A DNA stretch of 37,284 nt, taken from the NCBI GenBank assembly GCA_964605995.1, contig CAZSEN010000002.1, forward strand, positions 5,350-42,633. Reading direction: 5' to 3'. Positions 7,959-16,911 of the stretch are shown one piece after another (within the stretch, counting starts at the first letter, position 1; each line of letters begins with the position of its first letter). This DNA comes from an uncultured Candidatus Saccharibacteria bacterium. GTDB taxonomy: Bacteria > Patescibacteriota > Minisyncoccia > Phycocordibacterales > UBA9973. The notes beneath the pieces were generated by a model. The model did not search any database. It was not told the origin of the DNA and worked only from the letters and a program-made list of their open reading frames with translations. A program made the translations under genes and the position numbers.

Positions 7959-8918
7959 ATGCCACGCAGATCACCACAAAAAGAAATATACAGTAGTATC
8001 TACAACAAGCTGCACAGGGTCATTCCTGACCTTGAAAAGCATCTTGCAAAAGGAGCATCGTCAGGAAAATCCGAATTGCCTTCCCCCGGAATGATGGATT
8101 TAAGTTTCGACTATCTGTACAACGATGAGGATGGCAATCCAGTCATCGCGATTGCGCATTACTTCAAGCAGAATGGCGATGTAGTACCTGATCCGGATAT
8201 GGAAATCAGAATTTTCCCGAAAGAAAAACTCGCTGAGGCGCTGACTTTCCAGGATCAATTTGTCTTTCAGCGCGTGTATGACGAATACAAAGGAGAGCCG
8301 TTCGTTCACTTCAAACGCAAAACCGAGTTGAATGCGTTTCTCAACCAATGGCTAAGCAATCTCATCGAACAAGGACACCGAATAGACTTATCTGAACACA
8401 CACAACCTGTCACGCCTCCACATATATCAGTAAAAGGAGAACAGGGACATTATTCACTTAAAAAACCAAACAATATGAGCAACACAGAAGAACAGAATCA
8501 ACCAATCAACGAAAGCAAAATGTATTTCATTGAAAAAGCCGCCTGGAAGAAAGGCGAAGAAATGATGACCGTTGTAGTCGGCGAAAAAGACGAATCGAAA
8601 AATGTCGTCGGCTACGTCCGTCTCGAAGGGTACGATGCGAACAGAAAGCCGATCCTCATCTCTACCGATGTAGACGGCAAGGAACTTTTTCCGGCATCGA
8701 ATAATCTCTTTGAACTCAAAAAGCAATTCAAGGACAATGAACGCCGATTGATCCCTGCCAGCCAGGAAAAAGAAAGCACTCCCGAAGTATCGGAAGAAAT
8801 TCAAGAGAGCGAAGAATCTGATTTTGAAGAAATGCCTGAGAATCCAGAACAGAAAAAAGAAAGTGAAGTCAAAGACCTCAGGCAGAAGAAGGATAAAGAC
8901 AAGGGAATAAACCGCTAA
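7959..8918 (+). CDS. hypothetical mobile-element protein with acidic/lysine-rich C-terminal tail
   Basis: ATG ORF of 319 aa. The N-terminal block IAIAHYFKQNGDVVPDPDMEIRIF is one I recall from conjugative/mobilizable element proteins. The family is not confirmed. Confidence 0.55.
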   Translation: MPRRSPQKEIYSSIYNKLHRVIPDLEKHLAKGASSGKSELPSPGMMDLSFDYLYNDEDGNPVIAIAHYFKQNGDVVPDPDMEIRIFPKEKLAEALTFQDQFVFQRVYDEYKGEPFVHFKRKTELNAFLNQWLSNLIEQGHRIDLSEHTQPVTPPHISVKGEQGHYSLKKPNNMSNTEEQNQPINESKMYFIEKAAWKKGEEMMTVVVGEKDESKNVVGYVRLEGYDANRKPILISTDVDGKELFPASNNLFELKKQFKDNERRLIPASQEKESTPEVSEEIQESEESDFEEMPENPEQKKESEVKDLRQKKDKDKGINR

Positions 8919-8930
8919 AAACCAAAAGCC

Positions 8931-9989
8931 ATGAAACCGCATGACCGACCGACCAGTTATTTCAGCGAGACGCTGGAAAAGATCATTGAGAAAAAGGAAC
9001 ATGAACTCAAATCATTGGCGCGCAAACACGCACAACATCTGGCTGGAAAAAATCTTCCCGCACTGGTTGGTGACAGCCTCGCACCCTACTTGGGACATCT
9101 GAAGGCTGAATGTGAATCTCTGGCCGCTCTTGTTCATCAGCATCTATTACCCACCATGCACAAATCGGAAAGAAAAATAGAATCCGATTTTGCGTCGAAA
9201 GAGAACATGAGGCTTGATGCCGAGATTCAGAATATGGAACACGAAAATCACAATAGGGAATTTGAACGTGAACATTTCGATGCAAGCGTGTATCACAGGA
9301 TACTTCTGGCGGGCATCATCGGCATAGTCATCTGTATCGGGGACACGGTCTACAACATCCAGTCATTTGAAGCGGTGACGGATAATCTCTTGTTCGCCAT
9401 GCTGTTTTCTCTCGGATGCTCGGTCGCGGCGCTTTCATTGGCACATTTCATCCCCATGCTCTACAAAAAACTCACCACACGTTTCGGACGGATAACATTC
9501 GGCGGCGCAATAACTGCGGCTGTCATGCTGTTCTTCTCGGCTCTGTCGGTTTTCCGCTCGCAGTTCCTGCAAGGAAGTGGCGTAACGGTGGACTCCGGCT
9601 GGTTCATTGTCATCAACATGGTTTTCTTCCTCGCCACAATGCTTGTGTCTGCTCTGCTCCTTCCCACGTGGGAGGAATTGCAGAAGAACTGGAAGCAAAT
9701 CAAGTTGCGGATTGCTATCAGTAAACAGAAGCGCAAAATCAGGAACATCTTCCGGCAAAAGGAGAAGCTTCGCATTGCCGAAAAGGAACATGAAAAGCAC
9801 TGCGCCCGCATTTCTCATTATCGGGATTCCTGCAACCACCGGATCAAAAAACTATTCGCCGACTGCGCTCAAGCATTCACATGCGAGAACATCGCGTATC
9901 GTTCTGACAACAAAGTGCCGGACTGCGTTAATGAGCCGTTGCCGGACATCGACGTCAATCCTAAACCGCAAAAACCGCATGACCAATGA
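8931..9989 (+). CDS. multi-pass membrane protein with coiled-coil flanks
   Basis: About four hydrophobic helices (residues ~125-245) between charged helical segments. Confidence 0.6.
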   Translation: MKPHDRPTSYFSETLEKIIEKKEHELKSLARKHAQHLAGKNLPALVGDSLAPYLGHLKAECESLAALVHQHLLPTMHKSERKIESDFASKENMRLDAEIQNMEHENHNREFEREHFDASVYHRILLAGIIGIVICIGDTVYNIQSFEAVTDNLLFAMLFSLGCSVAALSLAHFIPMLYKKLTTRFGRITFGGAITAAVMLFFSALSVFRSQFLQGSGVTVDSGWFIVINMVFFLATMLVSALLLPTWEELQKNWKQIKLRIAISKQKRKIRNIFRQKEKLRIAEKEHEKHCARISHYRDSCNHRIKKLFADCAQAFTCENIAYRSDNKVPDCVNEPLPDIDVNPKPQKPHDQ

Positions 9990-10702
9990 AAACCATCTCG
10001 TTCATATCGCTATTAGTCGGAACTCTTTTCCTGGCTTCATGTTCGGAAATGGAAACGCCGATCACTACCGAAATTGTCGTCATATATGACATCACCGATT
10101 CGCTGTTGTCAGAGCCGGATGCAGATGAAATCATTTCACGCTTCGGACTCAATGCGAACACATCAAACGGTGCGGAATTCCGCTTCGTTATGATCAGCGA
10201 TGTGAGCTATACGAGAATCGAATCCGCGCATCTGGAACCGGTGACAGACAAGTGGTCATCCAATGATTTCCAGAGAGGCAAAATCATACAAAAGTTTGAG
10301 GAAAAAATCAGGAATATTCTCACGAACGCAATGCAGGACAGCGTCGGCAAAAAATACTCGTCGGTATATGTGCCGTTGGCAACCCATCTGAACCAGTTAA
10401 GTAAAAGCACCTCGGAAAATAGAATCCTGTTTGTGTACAGCGATTTGATGGAACACCAAAAGGAAATATCCTTCTACGACAAGAAGACATTCAACCTCTT
10501 GAAACATGATCCAGAGAAAATCGAAACGCAACTTGATTCACAGATGCCGCTTGGACGCCTCGATGGCATCGACATTCATTTTCTGTACCAGCCGTTGAAT
10601 GCTGAACAAGACAATCAGTACCGCGTCGTCTCGGAATTCTACAAAAATCTGTTTGAAGAGTTTGGAGCGAGTGTCATCATCGGAGCCAATCTCACGGAAT
10701 AA
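9986..10702 (+). CDS. lipoprotein, unknown function
   Basis: Signal peptide with lipobox LFLASC. ATGA overlap with the upstream gene. Confidence 0.6.
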   Translation: MKTISFISLLVGTLFLASCSEMETPITTEIVVIYDITDSLLSEPDADEIISRFGLNANTSNGAEFRFVMISDVSYTRIESAHLEPVTDKWSSNDFQRGKIIQKFEEKIRNILTNAMQDSVGKKYSSVYVPLATHLNQLSKSTSENRILFVYSDLMEHQKEISFYDKKTFNLLKHDPEKIETQLDSQMPLGRLDGIDIHFLYQPLNAEQDNQYRVVSEFYKNLFEEFGASVIIGANLTE

Positions 10703-10717
10703 AAATAACGCAAGGCA

Positions 10718-10873
10718 ATGGGAAGTGTCATTGGAGATATTCTAGTCGGACTGCTCAAAGTCATCGGAAAGATTTTTCTTTTCCTGCTGTGGGGCATCCT
10801 GCGGCTTGCTGAACTCATTTGCCATTCGCTTGCGTCATTTATTAAAAACATGCTTATCCCTAAAGAACGCTAA
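10718..10873 (+). CDS. small hydrophobic protein (51 aa), not in ORF track
   Basis: MGSVIGDILVGLLKVIGKIFLFLLWGILRLAELICHSLASFIKNMLIPKER. Its stop lies 4 nt before the coupling-protein ATG. Confidence 0.4.
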   Translation: MGSVIGDILVGLLKVIGKIFLFLLWGILRLAELICHSLASFIKNMLIPKER

Positions 10874-10877
10874 TCAT

Positions 10878-12344
10878 ATGTTAAACCTTCTTGAAAAATT
10901 GCTTGAATTATTCGTCCGCGCGATGGAGCACTTTTTCACGCGGATGGCTGAATTATTAGAGCGTTTCATTGACTACCTCTTTCAGAAAAACAAACATGCC
11001 TACAAAGCTGAATTCGTATCTGAAAAAGATTTGTTCATTGAGGATCATGAAGGCTTCTGTCTGACGGGCAAAGGAAATCTTTCGATTAAGAATTCATATC
11101 AAGGCGCGCTCGTCGTTGGCGGTACGGGAACGGGTAAATCAAGCATCACGCTCTTGCCCTCGCTCTATACCATGCGTTCCAGTTTCATCGTTCATGACCC
11201 CTCAGGCGAGTTATTCGCCAAAAGCGCCGGATACCTCACAGTTACGGGTTATAGCGTGCGTACGCTCAATTTTACCAATCCCATTGCGTCTTCCGGCTAC
11301 AATCCATTGGCGCGAGTACGGAGTTCCTCTGATATTCAGAAAATCGCTTCGATGTTAGTCGCAAATGCGCTAGGAAATAATGCAAAAGACCCGTTCTGGA
11401 ACACACAGGCAACGGCTCTACTTTCCATGCTGATTTCGATTCTCAAAAAACAGCCGGAGCAGTATTACAACCTGTATAACGTAAGGCAATTGTTGAATGA
11501 CTTGGGCGGCGGCAATACAAAAGCTGTGGATGCGCTGTTTTCCCGTCATGCTGACAGCGTGCTGTTTTCCGAATACAAATCGTTCATCGCGTATGATGAC
11601 AAGGTCATCAGCGGAGTCATTGCCACCTGCAAGGCAGCATTACAGATATTCTCCGATGATTCAATAGCGAAAATCACATCCTACGATACGCTCAATCTTG
11701 CGGACTTCAGAAGCAAGCCTGTTGCATTGTTTGTGCAGAATTCCATCGCGGACCAGAAATATTACAGCATCCTCACGTCCATTTTTTTCGAGCAGTTCTT
11801 CTCATATATCCTGAGCCGTTTTCCGGAGAAGGATGAACAGGATATTTTCTTCCTGATTGATGAAGCGTCATCGCTCAGACTTCCGACACTTCCGTTAGCC
11901 GTTGCCAATGTCCGCAAACACCGGGCGGGAATCATGCTCATTATCCAGGACTTCAACCAGCTCGTTCATACGTATGGCAAGCACGAAGCGGATGCGATAC
12001 GCGCCAACTGCTTCGCTAAGATGTTCTACACCGGGCAATCTTTGGATACTGCGAAGGAACTGGAACAGACACTTGGACGCTTCGAGTATAAGGACGATGA
12101 CGGTAAAGTCATCGTGCGTCCCTTGATGACCAACGATGAAATCCGCACGATGAAGAAAAATCAGGCTCTCCTCATCTGCGGACATCTCTCGCCGATGAAA
12201 GCAACTCTTCATCCGTATTACGAGAACCGGAAATTGAGAACCTATGCGAATATACCGGCTCCGGAACTCTACAATCAGGTGTCGATTGAAACCGTGCCGA
12301 TTCTGCCCTTAGACGTTCCTAAATCAAACGATGAAGCGGAGTGA
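10878..12344 (+). CDS. type IV secretion coupling protein (TraG/TraD/VirD4 family)
   Basis: Walker A VVGGTGTGKSS and Walker B FFLIDEASSL. The overall length and order fit a T4SS-DNA-transfer ATPase. I prefer the ATG at 10878 over the TTG at 10806. Confidence 0.9.
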   Translation: MLNLLEKLLELFVRAMEHFFTRMAELLERFIDYLFQKNKHAYKAEFVSEKDLFIEDHEGFCLTGKGNLSIKNSYQGALVVGGTGTGKSSITLLPSLYTMRSSFIVHDPSGELFAKSAGYLTVTGYSVRTLNFTNPIASSGYNPLARVRSSSDIQKIASMLVANALGNNAKDPFWNTQATALLSMLISILKKQPEQYYNLYNVRQLLNDLGGGNTKAVDALFSRHADSVLFSEYKSFIAYDDKVISGVIATCKAALQIFSDDSIAKITSYDTLNLADFRSKPVALFVQNSIADQKYYSILTSIFFEQFFSYILSRFPEKDEQDIFFLIDEASSLRLPTLPLAVANVRKHRAGIMLIIQDFNQLVHTYGKHEADAIRANCFAKMFYTGQSLDTAKELEQTLGRFEYKDDDGKVIVRPLMTNDEIRTMKKNQALLICGHLSPMKATLHPYYENRKLRTYANIPAPELYNQVSIETVPILPLDVPKSNDEAE

Positions 12345-12906
12345 GAAACATACAGGCGGGATATGGGCGTATCTCGATGCGTCTGGCGTTCTTGAAAAGG
12401 GGACCGAGGAGGAAATCAAGTCCGCCAAGCGCGCATACCGGAAAATCTACCTGAAGAAATACAAGCAAATTCAGCGGGACGAGAAGCCGGAGTTCACTGT
12501 CTTGCTTTCACGACAAAAAGGAGAGTACGGCAAAATCGCTCTTGCTGCAAAAAGGCATCACCTGAGCATTCCGGCATTTCTTCGTCAGGCGACATTCGCT
12601 TATTTAAACAAAGCCTATCTCGTTCCTGACACGGAATTGGTAGCGCGGCTGTATCAGAAACTGAGTGATTGTCTCAATGAAATTCACGCCATCACGAACA
12701 CGAAAGAAAAATATGATTGGGAGCATGAGCGGAAATTCGAGGCGATAGAAAAACGGATCGGGAAGCTGGAAACCGATATCGGCGAATTATTCCACAATCC
12801 TCCGCCCTTAGAAGATGCGGTGCGTAAAGCGATTGAAAAAAATCCTGATGTGCGGGAACAACTATTGAAAATGCTCACGGATGATCGTCAAGATAAAAAC
12901 GCATAA
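12331..12906 (+). CDS. MobC-like relaxosome accessory protein
   Basis: KIALAAKRHHLSIPAFLRQATFAYL is the ribbon-helix-helix MobC-type pattern. Overlaps both neighbouring genes. Confidence 0.65.
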   Translation: MKRSEKHTGGIWAYLDASGVLEKGTEEEIKSAKRAYRKIYLKKYKQIQRDEKPEFTVLLSRQKGEYGKIALAAKRHHLSIPAFLRQATFAYLNKAYLVPDTELVARLYQKLSDCLNEIHAITNTKEKYDWEHERKFEAIEKRIGKLETDIGELFHNPPPLEDAVRKAIEKNPDVREQLLKMLTDDRQDKNA

Positions 12907-13732
12907 GAAACCATCGTTTCGAAAATTGCTTGAGTATATGCTCAACGACAAGGAACGGTTATCCGACAAAGACAGTCGGAGTTTTCTCATGACGCATAAT
13001 CTCAGAGGCAAGGGTATCGAAACATGGGTGAAGCAATTTCAAGAAAATGAAACCTACCGCAAGCACAAGCGGAAAAACAGCGTATACGTCAATCACGAAA
13101 TCCTTTCCTGGCACAAAGACGATGTGAAGCACATGTCAGCAGACACCTTGCGAGATATGACGCGGGAATATCTCACGCTCCGTAATCCGAACGGAATGTA
13201 TGTCGCCGTTCCGCACTTCGACCGCGACCATTTCCATGTACATATTTGTTCGTCGGGAATCCAGTACCGCACCGGAAAATCAATGCGTATGTCGCGGCAG
13301 GAATTTCATGAACTCAAAAAAAACATTCAGGAGTATCAGATCGAAAAGTTTCCGGAACTCTCAAAGTCGGTCGTTGAACATGGGAAAAAGAAAAGCAGGC
13401 GGATTGTCACCGATGAAGAACGGCATTGTACAGAACGGACAGGAAAACAAACCAAGAAAGATGAACTGCTTTCTATTCTCAATGACTGCTTCATACACGC
13501 CACATCACAAGAAGATTTCTTTTCAAGATTAAAAGCGTGCAACCTGCAACCGTATGAGCGCGGAGGAAAAGTAACGGGTGTTATCTACGTGAAACGGAAA
13601 TACCGATTTAAGCGGTTGGGAATTGATCTAACCAAGTTCAAATCACTGGAGCAAGAAAACAAAAGGGAAAAAGAATTGCGGAATGTTCGAGAGAAAACAA
13701 AAGAGAAAAATGTTCGTCGGTCGCGTCGGTAA
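12881..13732 (+). CDS. relaxase/mobilization nuclease
   Basis: Histidine triad HFDRDHFHVHICSS and an N-terminal LLEYMLND block typical of the relaxase/mobilisation nuclease domain. Confidence 0.85.
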   Translation: MIVKIKTHKKPSFRKLLEYMLNDKERLSDKDSRSFLMTHNLRGKGIETWVKQFQENETYRKHKRKNSVYVNHEILSWHKDDVKHMSADTLRDMTREYLTLRNPNGMYVAVPHFDRDHFHVHICSSGIQYRTGKSMRMSRQEFHELKKNIQEYQIEKFPELSKSVVEHGKKKSRRIVTDEERHCTERTGKQTKKDELLSILNDCFIHATSQEDFFSRLKACNLQPYERGGKVTGVIYVKRKYRFKRLGIDLTKFKSLEQENKREKELRNVREKTKEKNVRRSRR

Positions 13733-13790
13733 TATGACCACACCACGTCATTCTTTCCTGCTAGGCACCTGTTTGCGGAAGTTGGGAGGT

Positions 13791-13851
13791 GTTGTCAAGG
13801 ATGCCCTGTGAAAGGAAGTGTGCAAGCGGGCACGTGCTTGTCCTTGACAAC
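13791..13851. repeat. 11-bp perfect inverted repeat with nested 5-bp stem (terminator or oriT candidate)
   Basis: gttgtcaagga (13791-13801) pairs with tccttgacaac (13841-13851). Inner stem caagc/gcttg. Confidence 0.4.
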
Positions 13852-13906
13852 GCTGGACAACGAGCGAGCTTTGCCGGAGCAGGGGAATGAGTAGCAAACT
13901 AACTTA

Positions 13907-14479
13907 TTAAAGATAGGTGAAAGAAAAAATGGCTATTCCCAGCAAAGAAAAAAGTATTACGTAAAACCCTACATCACTTATCTGCAATCGAGCCTTATGG
14001 TTGTAAATTGAAAAAATCAGATCTCGTTGGGAATCAACAATACTGTTTTCGACCATAGCTGAGTGTGATTTTGCAATATTGTTTGCTTTTGAATGTTCAC
14101 ACTGTGCGATTGCGCTGTACATGATATTTGTTACTACATCCAGATTTTCCTTTATCGTCTTCCCCAACTCAGGATCCACAACATATAATAGCGTTACAAA
14201 TGTTTTGTTGAGCCTATCATACCGTGATCTGACCAACGCAGTTTTCGCTATGACACCATCATCATCAACCGGATTGGAAAAAATATCACTATGGATTAAA
14301 TCAAGTGTCTTATAAAACCCGCGGATTCTGTTTAAGTTGGGCGTAATGAGAAGTTCCTTAAACCATTGCAATCGAATGTTTCGTTTATCATTTCTGACCT
14401 GATACGATAAAACAGAAATAGCCAGCACAAAGCCGGCTATTGAAATTACTACTTCTGAAAAATTATTCTCCGTTGCCAA
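13907..14479 (-). CDS. membrane protein with N- and C-terminal TM helices and helical core, unknown function
   Basis: TM helices at VVISIAGFVLAISVLSY and FYVILFSLLGIAIFSF. TTG start. Lies 12 nt downstream of the STAS-like gene. Confidence 0.5.
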   Translation of the reverse strand: MATENNFSEVVISIAGFVLAISVLSYQVRNDKRNIRLQWFKELLITPNLNRIRGFYKTLDLIHSDIFSNPVDDDGVIAKTALVRSRYDRLNKTFVTLLYVVDPELGKTIKENLDVVTNIMYSAIAQCEHSKANNIAKSHSAMVENSIVDSQRDLIFSIYNHKARLQISDVGFYVILFSLLGIAIFSFTYL

Positions 14480-14491
14480 AAACCCAAAGAT

Positions 14492-14920
14492 TTAAAACTT
14501 AAACTTCAACATATTATTTTCACGAAGTACATTATAGACGGCTGTTTCCAAATCAGCATCTATTTTGTATTTACCTTCATTAGTGAAATGAACCGTTTTG
14601 TAGAATAAGTCTTTTCCTAGATGCTTGATTACATTCTTAAATAATTCCTCGAAGAAAGTTGGGCTGATTGAGAGAATGCGTGTGGGAATAACAACGTTAA
14701 CCTTCCATTCAGACTGGTCATCAGTTGTTTTATTCGCTCCGCTTTCCGCTAGAATAATCTCATCAATTTTGGTGCGAATTTTTTCTGCAATCGCTTTATC
14801 CAAAAGTGATCTTGATTCTTCAGTTATCCCTTCCATTTTCCCCAAATCAATGACTTGAGGAATATTATTGTCCTCATAAGTCATGTCTGGATTATATATG
14901 TCAGTTTCTGTAGTACTCAT
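14492..14920 (-). CDS. STAS-like (DUF4325-type) protein
   Basis: VIDLG...ISPTFFEELFKNVIKHLGKDLFYKTVHFTNEGKYKIDADLETAVYNVLRENN parallels the flank gene at 36637-36975 (VIIDLG...NPSFLEAFIKKLLLRLGENAFRKKFNFISLGNYKIENDLEESIERILRENN). Confidence 0.55.
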   Translation of the reverse strand: MSTTETDIYNPDMTYEDNNIPQVIDLGKMEGITEESRSLLDKAIAEKIRTKIDEIILAESGANKTTDDQSEWKVNVVIPTRILSISPTFFEELFKNVIKHLGKDLFYKTVHFTNEGKYKIDADLETAVYNVLRENNMLKFKF

Positions 14921-15292
14921 CTGATTACGAGTTTAGTATAGTTTCCTTCGTATGTCAACGTGTAGCGCAATTAATAGGGAATCATTCCAACTCCACGCAT
15001 TACGTTATCATTGCTTGCACAAAATTCTCCCTTTTTAGTTATTTCTACTCTTAAACTACAATACAAGTTACGTTATTATTTGAAAATAAGCTAATTGCAA
15101 ACATCGCTCCAATCCTTACTCGCGGTAAACGAATCAAGTACATCCAACCATTAAAATCTTCAGTCCGTCGTTTTGTCACATCTAAAAATTGGCATTTTTT
15201 AAGTTTTTCGAGGGATCCTGCCAAAAGGGATAAAAAGGGGCTCTTGGCACGTGCATTGACCAGTGAAGGTGGCATAACCTAACCTACACTTG

Positions 15293-15715
15293 ATGGAAAA
15301 CCTTTACGATCCTTCTTACTACCGTATTCTCTGTCTCGAACCAAACGCCACTGCGGAACAAATCAGATCAGCGTATAGAGGCATGATGAAGATATTCCAT
15401 GAAGACATTAATCAGGATGATCCTGAAGCCAAAGAAAAATCCCAAAGAATTAATGCAGCACACGAAGTACTTTCCAATCCTGCGTCGAAGATGCAATACG
15501 ACCAAGAACTCAGGTCGTATCTGCGAAGCGAAGAACTGAAAGAACAGCAGCGTCAAAGTGAGGCTCGCGCGAAAAAAGAAGAGGAACAAAGAAAGAAACG
15601 GAGGGAATATTCTCCGAATAAGAACGACGCCGAAGATGGCATCGGGGCACTGGTTACCCTACTCTTTATCCTCGCGTTGCTGCTTGGCGGTAACGGAAAT
15701 AATAAGAACCGTTAA
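15293..15715 (+). CDS. J-domain-like protein with HPD replaced by HED and a C-terminal TM anchor
   Basis: YYRILCLEPNATAEQIRSAYRGMMKIFHEDINQDDPEAKEKSQRINAAHEVLSNPASKMQYD aligns to the DnaJ J-domain. The codons cat-gaa-gac give HED. C-terminal ALVTLLFILALLLGG. Confidence 0.75.
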   Translation: MENLYDPSYYRILCLEPNATAEQIRSAYRGMMKIFHEDINQDDPEAKEKSQRINAAHEVLSNPASKMQYDQELRSYLRSEELKEQQRQSEARAKKEEEQRKKRREYSPNKNDAEDGIGALVTLLFILALLLGGNGNNKNR

Positions 15716-15729
15716 TTCTCAAACGCACC

Positions 15730-16638
15730 ATGATACCGACGGAGATATGTTCCCAGACGCGCAACTGGTTTGATACTTTGATGACTCAAGGATTTTGCAA
15801 CCAGGTACATCATCAAGGCAAGTTTGTTCACGCAATCAAAACACCCTCTCTATTTCATGTTCGACCTAAAGTAATGGAAACACTAAGGAAGAACTACACT
15901 GCTGACCGGGAAACGGGCGGTATCCTGCTCGCCAGGCCGATCAAGGCAAACGGGAAATCATACTTCGATATATATGATGTAATCTTTCTTCCAAATATCC
16001 TTCCGAAAGAAAAACAAGAATCTTCCTATTGGTTCAATGAACACGATTTACAGCGTGCTCTTGCTGAATGTTTCCGGTATGGAAAAGAAGAGGATAAGAG
16101 AATTTCCTTCCCAATTTTCTTTCACACCCACCCGACCTGCGATCCGGATAACGTCAATAGGATGCTGAAATATTTTGCGCAAACGAGAACGTCATTGAGT
16201 GATCAAGGTCTGGCGCACACGATGGCACGTAGTTACAAGGGAAGCAACTTTGTCATGCCGAACGCTCTTGTTGTTGTAAATCCGAAACTACAGGGACAAT
16301 TTTTTATTGGCTTCTTTGGTGGATATATTGCCCCGGAATCATTCTGTGCATATATGGAAAAAGTGACCGGAAAAACATTCCAAAGTATTTGCGATGACAT
16401 AGCAGTATGGGTCGGGAATGATGAAACAAAGCAGATTGTTCTGGTGACAGCCACGGCAATTCTACTCGGTATAGGAATCTATTATGCGGAAGATGTTATT
16501 CCGTTATTACTGATGCTGTACGCCCTAAATATCATTCCACTCACGGTAACATATTTTGAAGAAACACCAAATTACTTTTCACAAGTGTTTGATTGTGAAA
16601 AACCGCTTTCGATACATATTCCAGAATTTGATTCGTAA
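15730..16638 (+). CDS. JAB/MPN-like metalloprotease-domain protein with C-terminal TM helices
   Basis: ETGGILLARP, then FFHTHP (HxH), then TSLSDQG (SxxD). The HxH-to-S spacer is longer than canonical. Two C-terminal hydrophobic helices. Confidence 0.6.
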   Translation: MIPTEICSQTRNWFDTLMTQGFCNQVHHQGKFVHAIKTPSLFHVRPKVMETLRKNYTADRETGGILLARPIKANGKSYFDIYDVIFLPNILPKEKQESSYWFNEHDLQRALAECFRYGKEEDKRISFPIFFHTHPTCDPDNVNRMLKYFAQTRTSLSDQGLAHTMARSYKGSNFVMPNALVVVNPKLQGQFFIGFFGGYIAPESFCAYMEKVTGKTFQSICDDIAVWVGNDETKQIVLVTATAILLGIGIYYAEDVIPLLLMLYALNIIPLTVTYFEETPNYFSQVFDCEKPLSIHIPEFDS

Positions 16639-16668
16639 TCCTTATTTATTAACTAAACAAAATTACTA

Positions 16669-16911
16669 ATGGCTAAAATGATAACTGTTACAGAGGCGGG
16701 CGGCACTTATTTTAAACTCGGGAAAAGCACACCGAAAACAATTAACGCGGATAATATCAAAAGCATTCGGAAGCCATTTTCGACCGATGCAAAAACAATT
16801 CAATCGGTAATTGAATTTAGTGATGGGGACGAGTTGTACGTAACCGAAACGGAGTTGCAATTAAAAGACCTAATCAATCCACCTAAAAAACCATGGTGGA
16901 AATTCTGGTGA
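16669..16911 (+). CDS. hypothetical small protein (80 aa)
   Basis: ATG ORF 30 nt after the JAB gene. No motif recognised. Confidence 0.5.
   Translation: MAKMITVTEAGGTYFKLGKSTPKTINADNIKSIRKPFSTDAKTIQSVIEFSDGDELYVTETELQLKDLINPPKKPWWKFW

Larger units (their letters stand above)
5453..13851 (+). mobile_element. core of a Bacteroidota-style integrative mobilizable element (xis-like, int, attP-like site, coupling protein, MobC-like, relaxase)
   Basis: Gene content and order. No mating-pair-formation genes are present. Confidence 0.6.

Noticed and set aside
15051-15275. 74-aa minus-strand ORF in the divergent promoter region
   Set aside because: It has no motif and an odd composition. It occupies the intergenic region between two divergent operons, so it is likely spurious.
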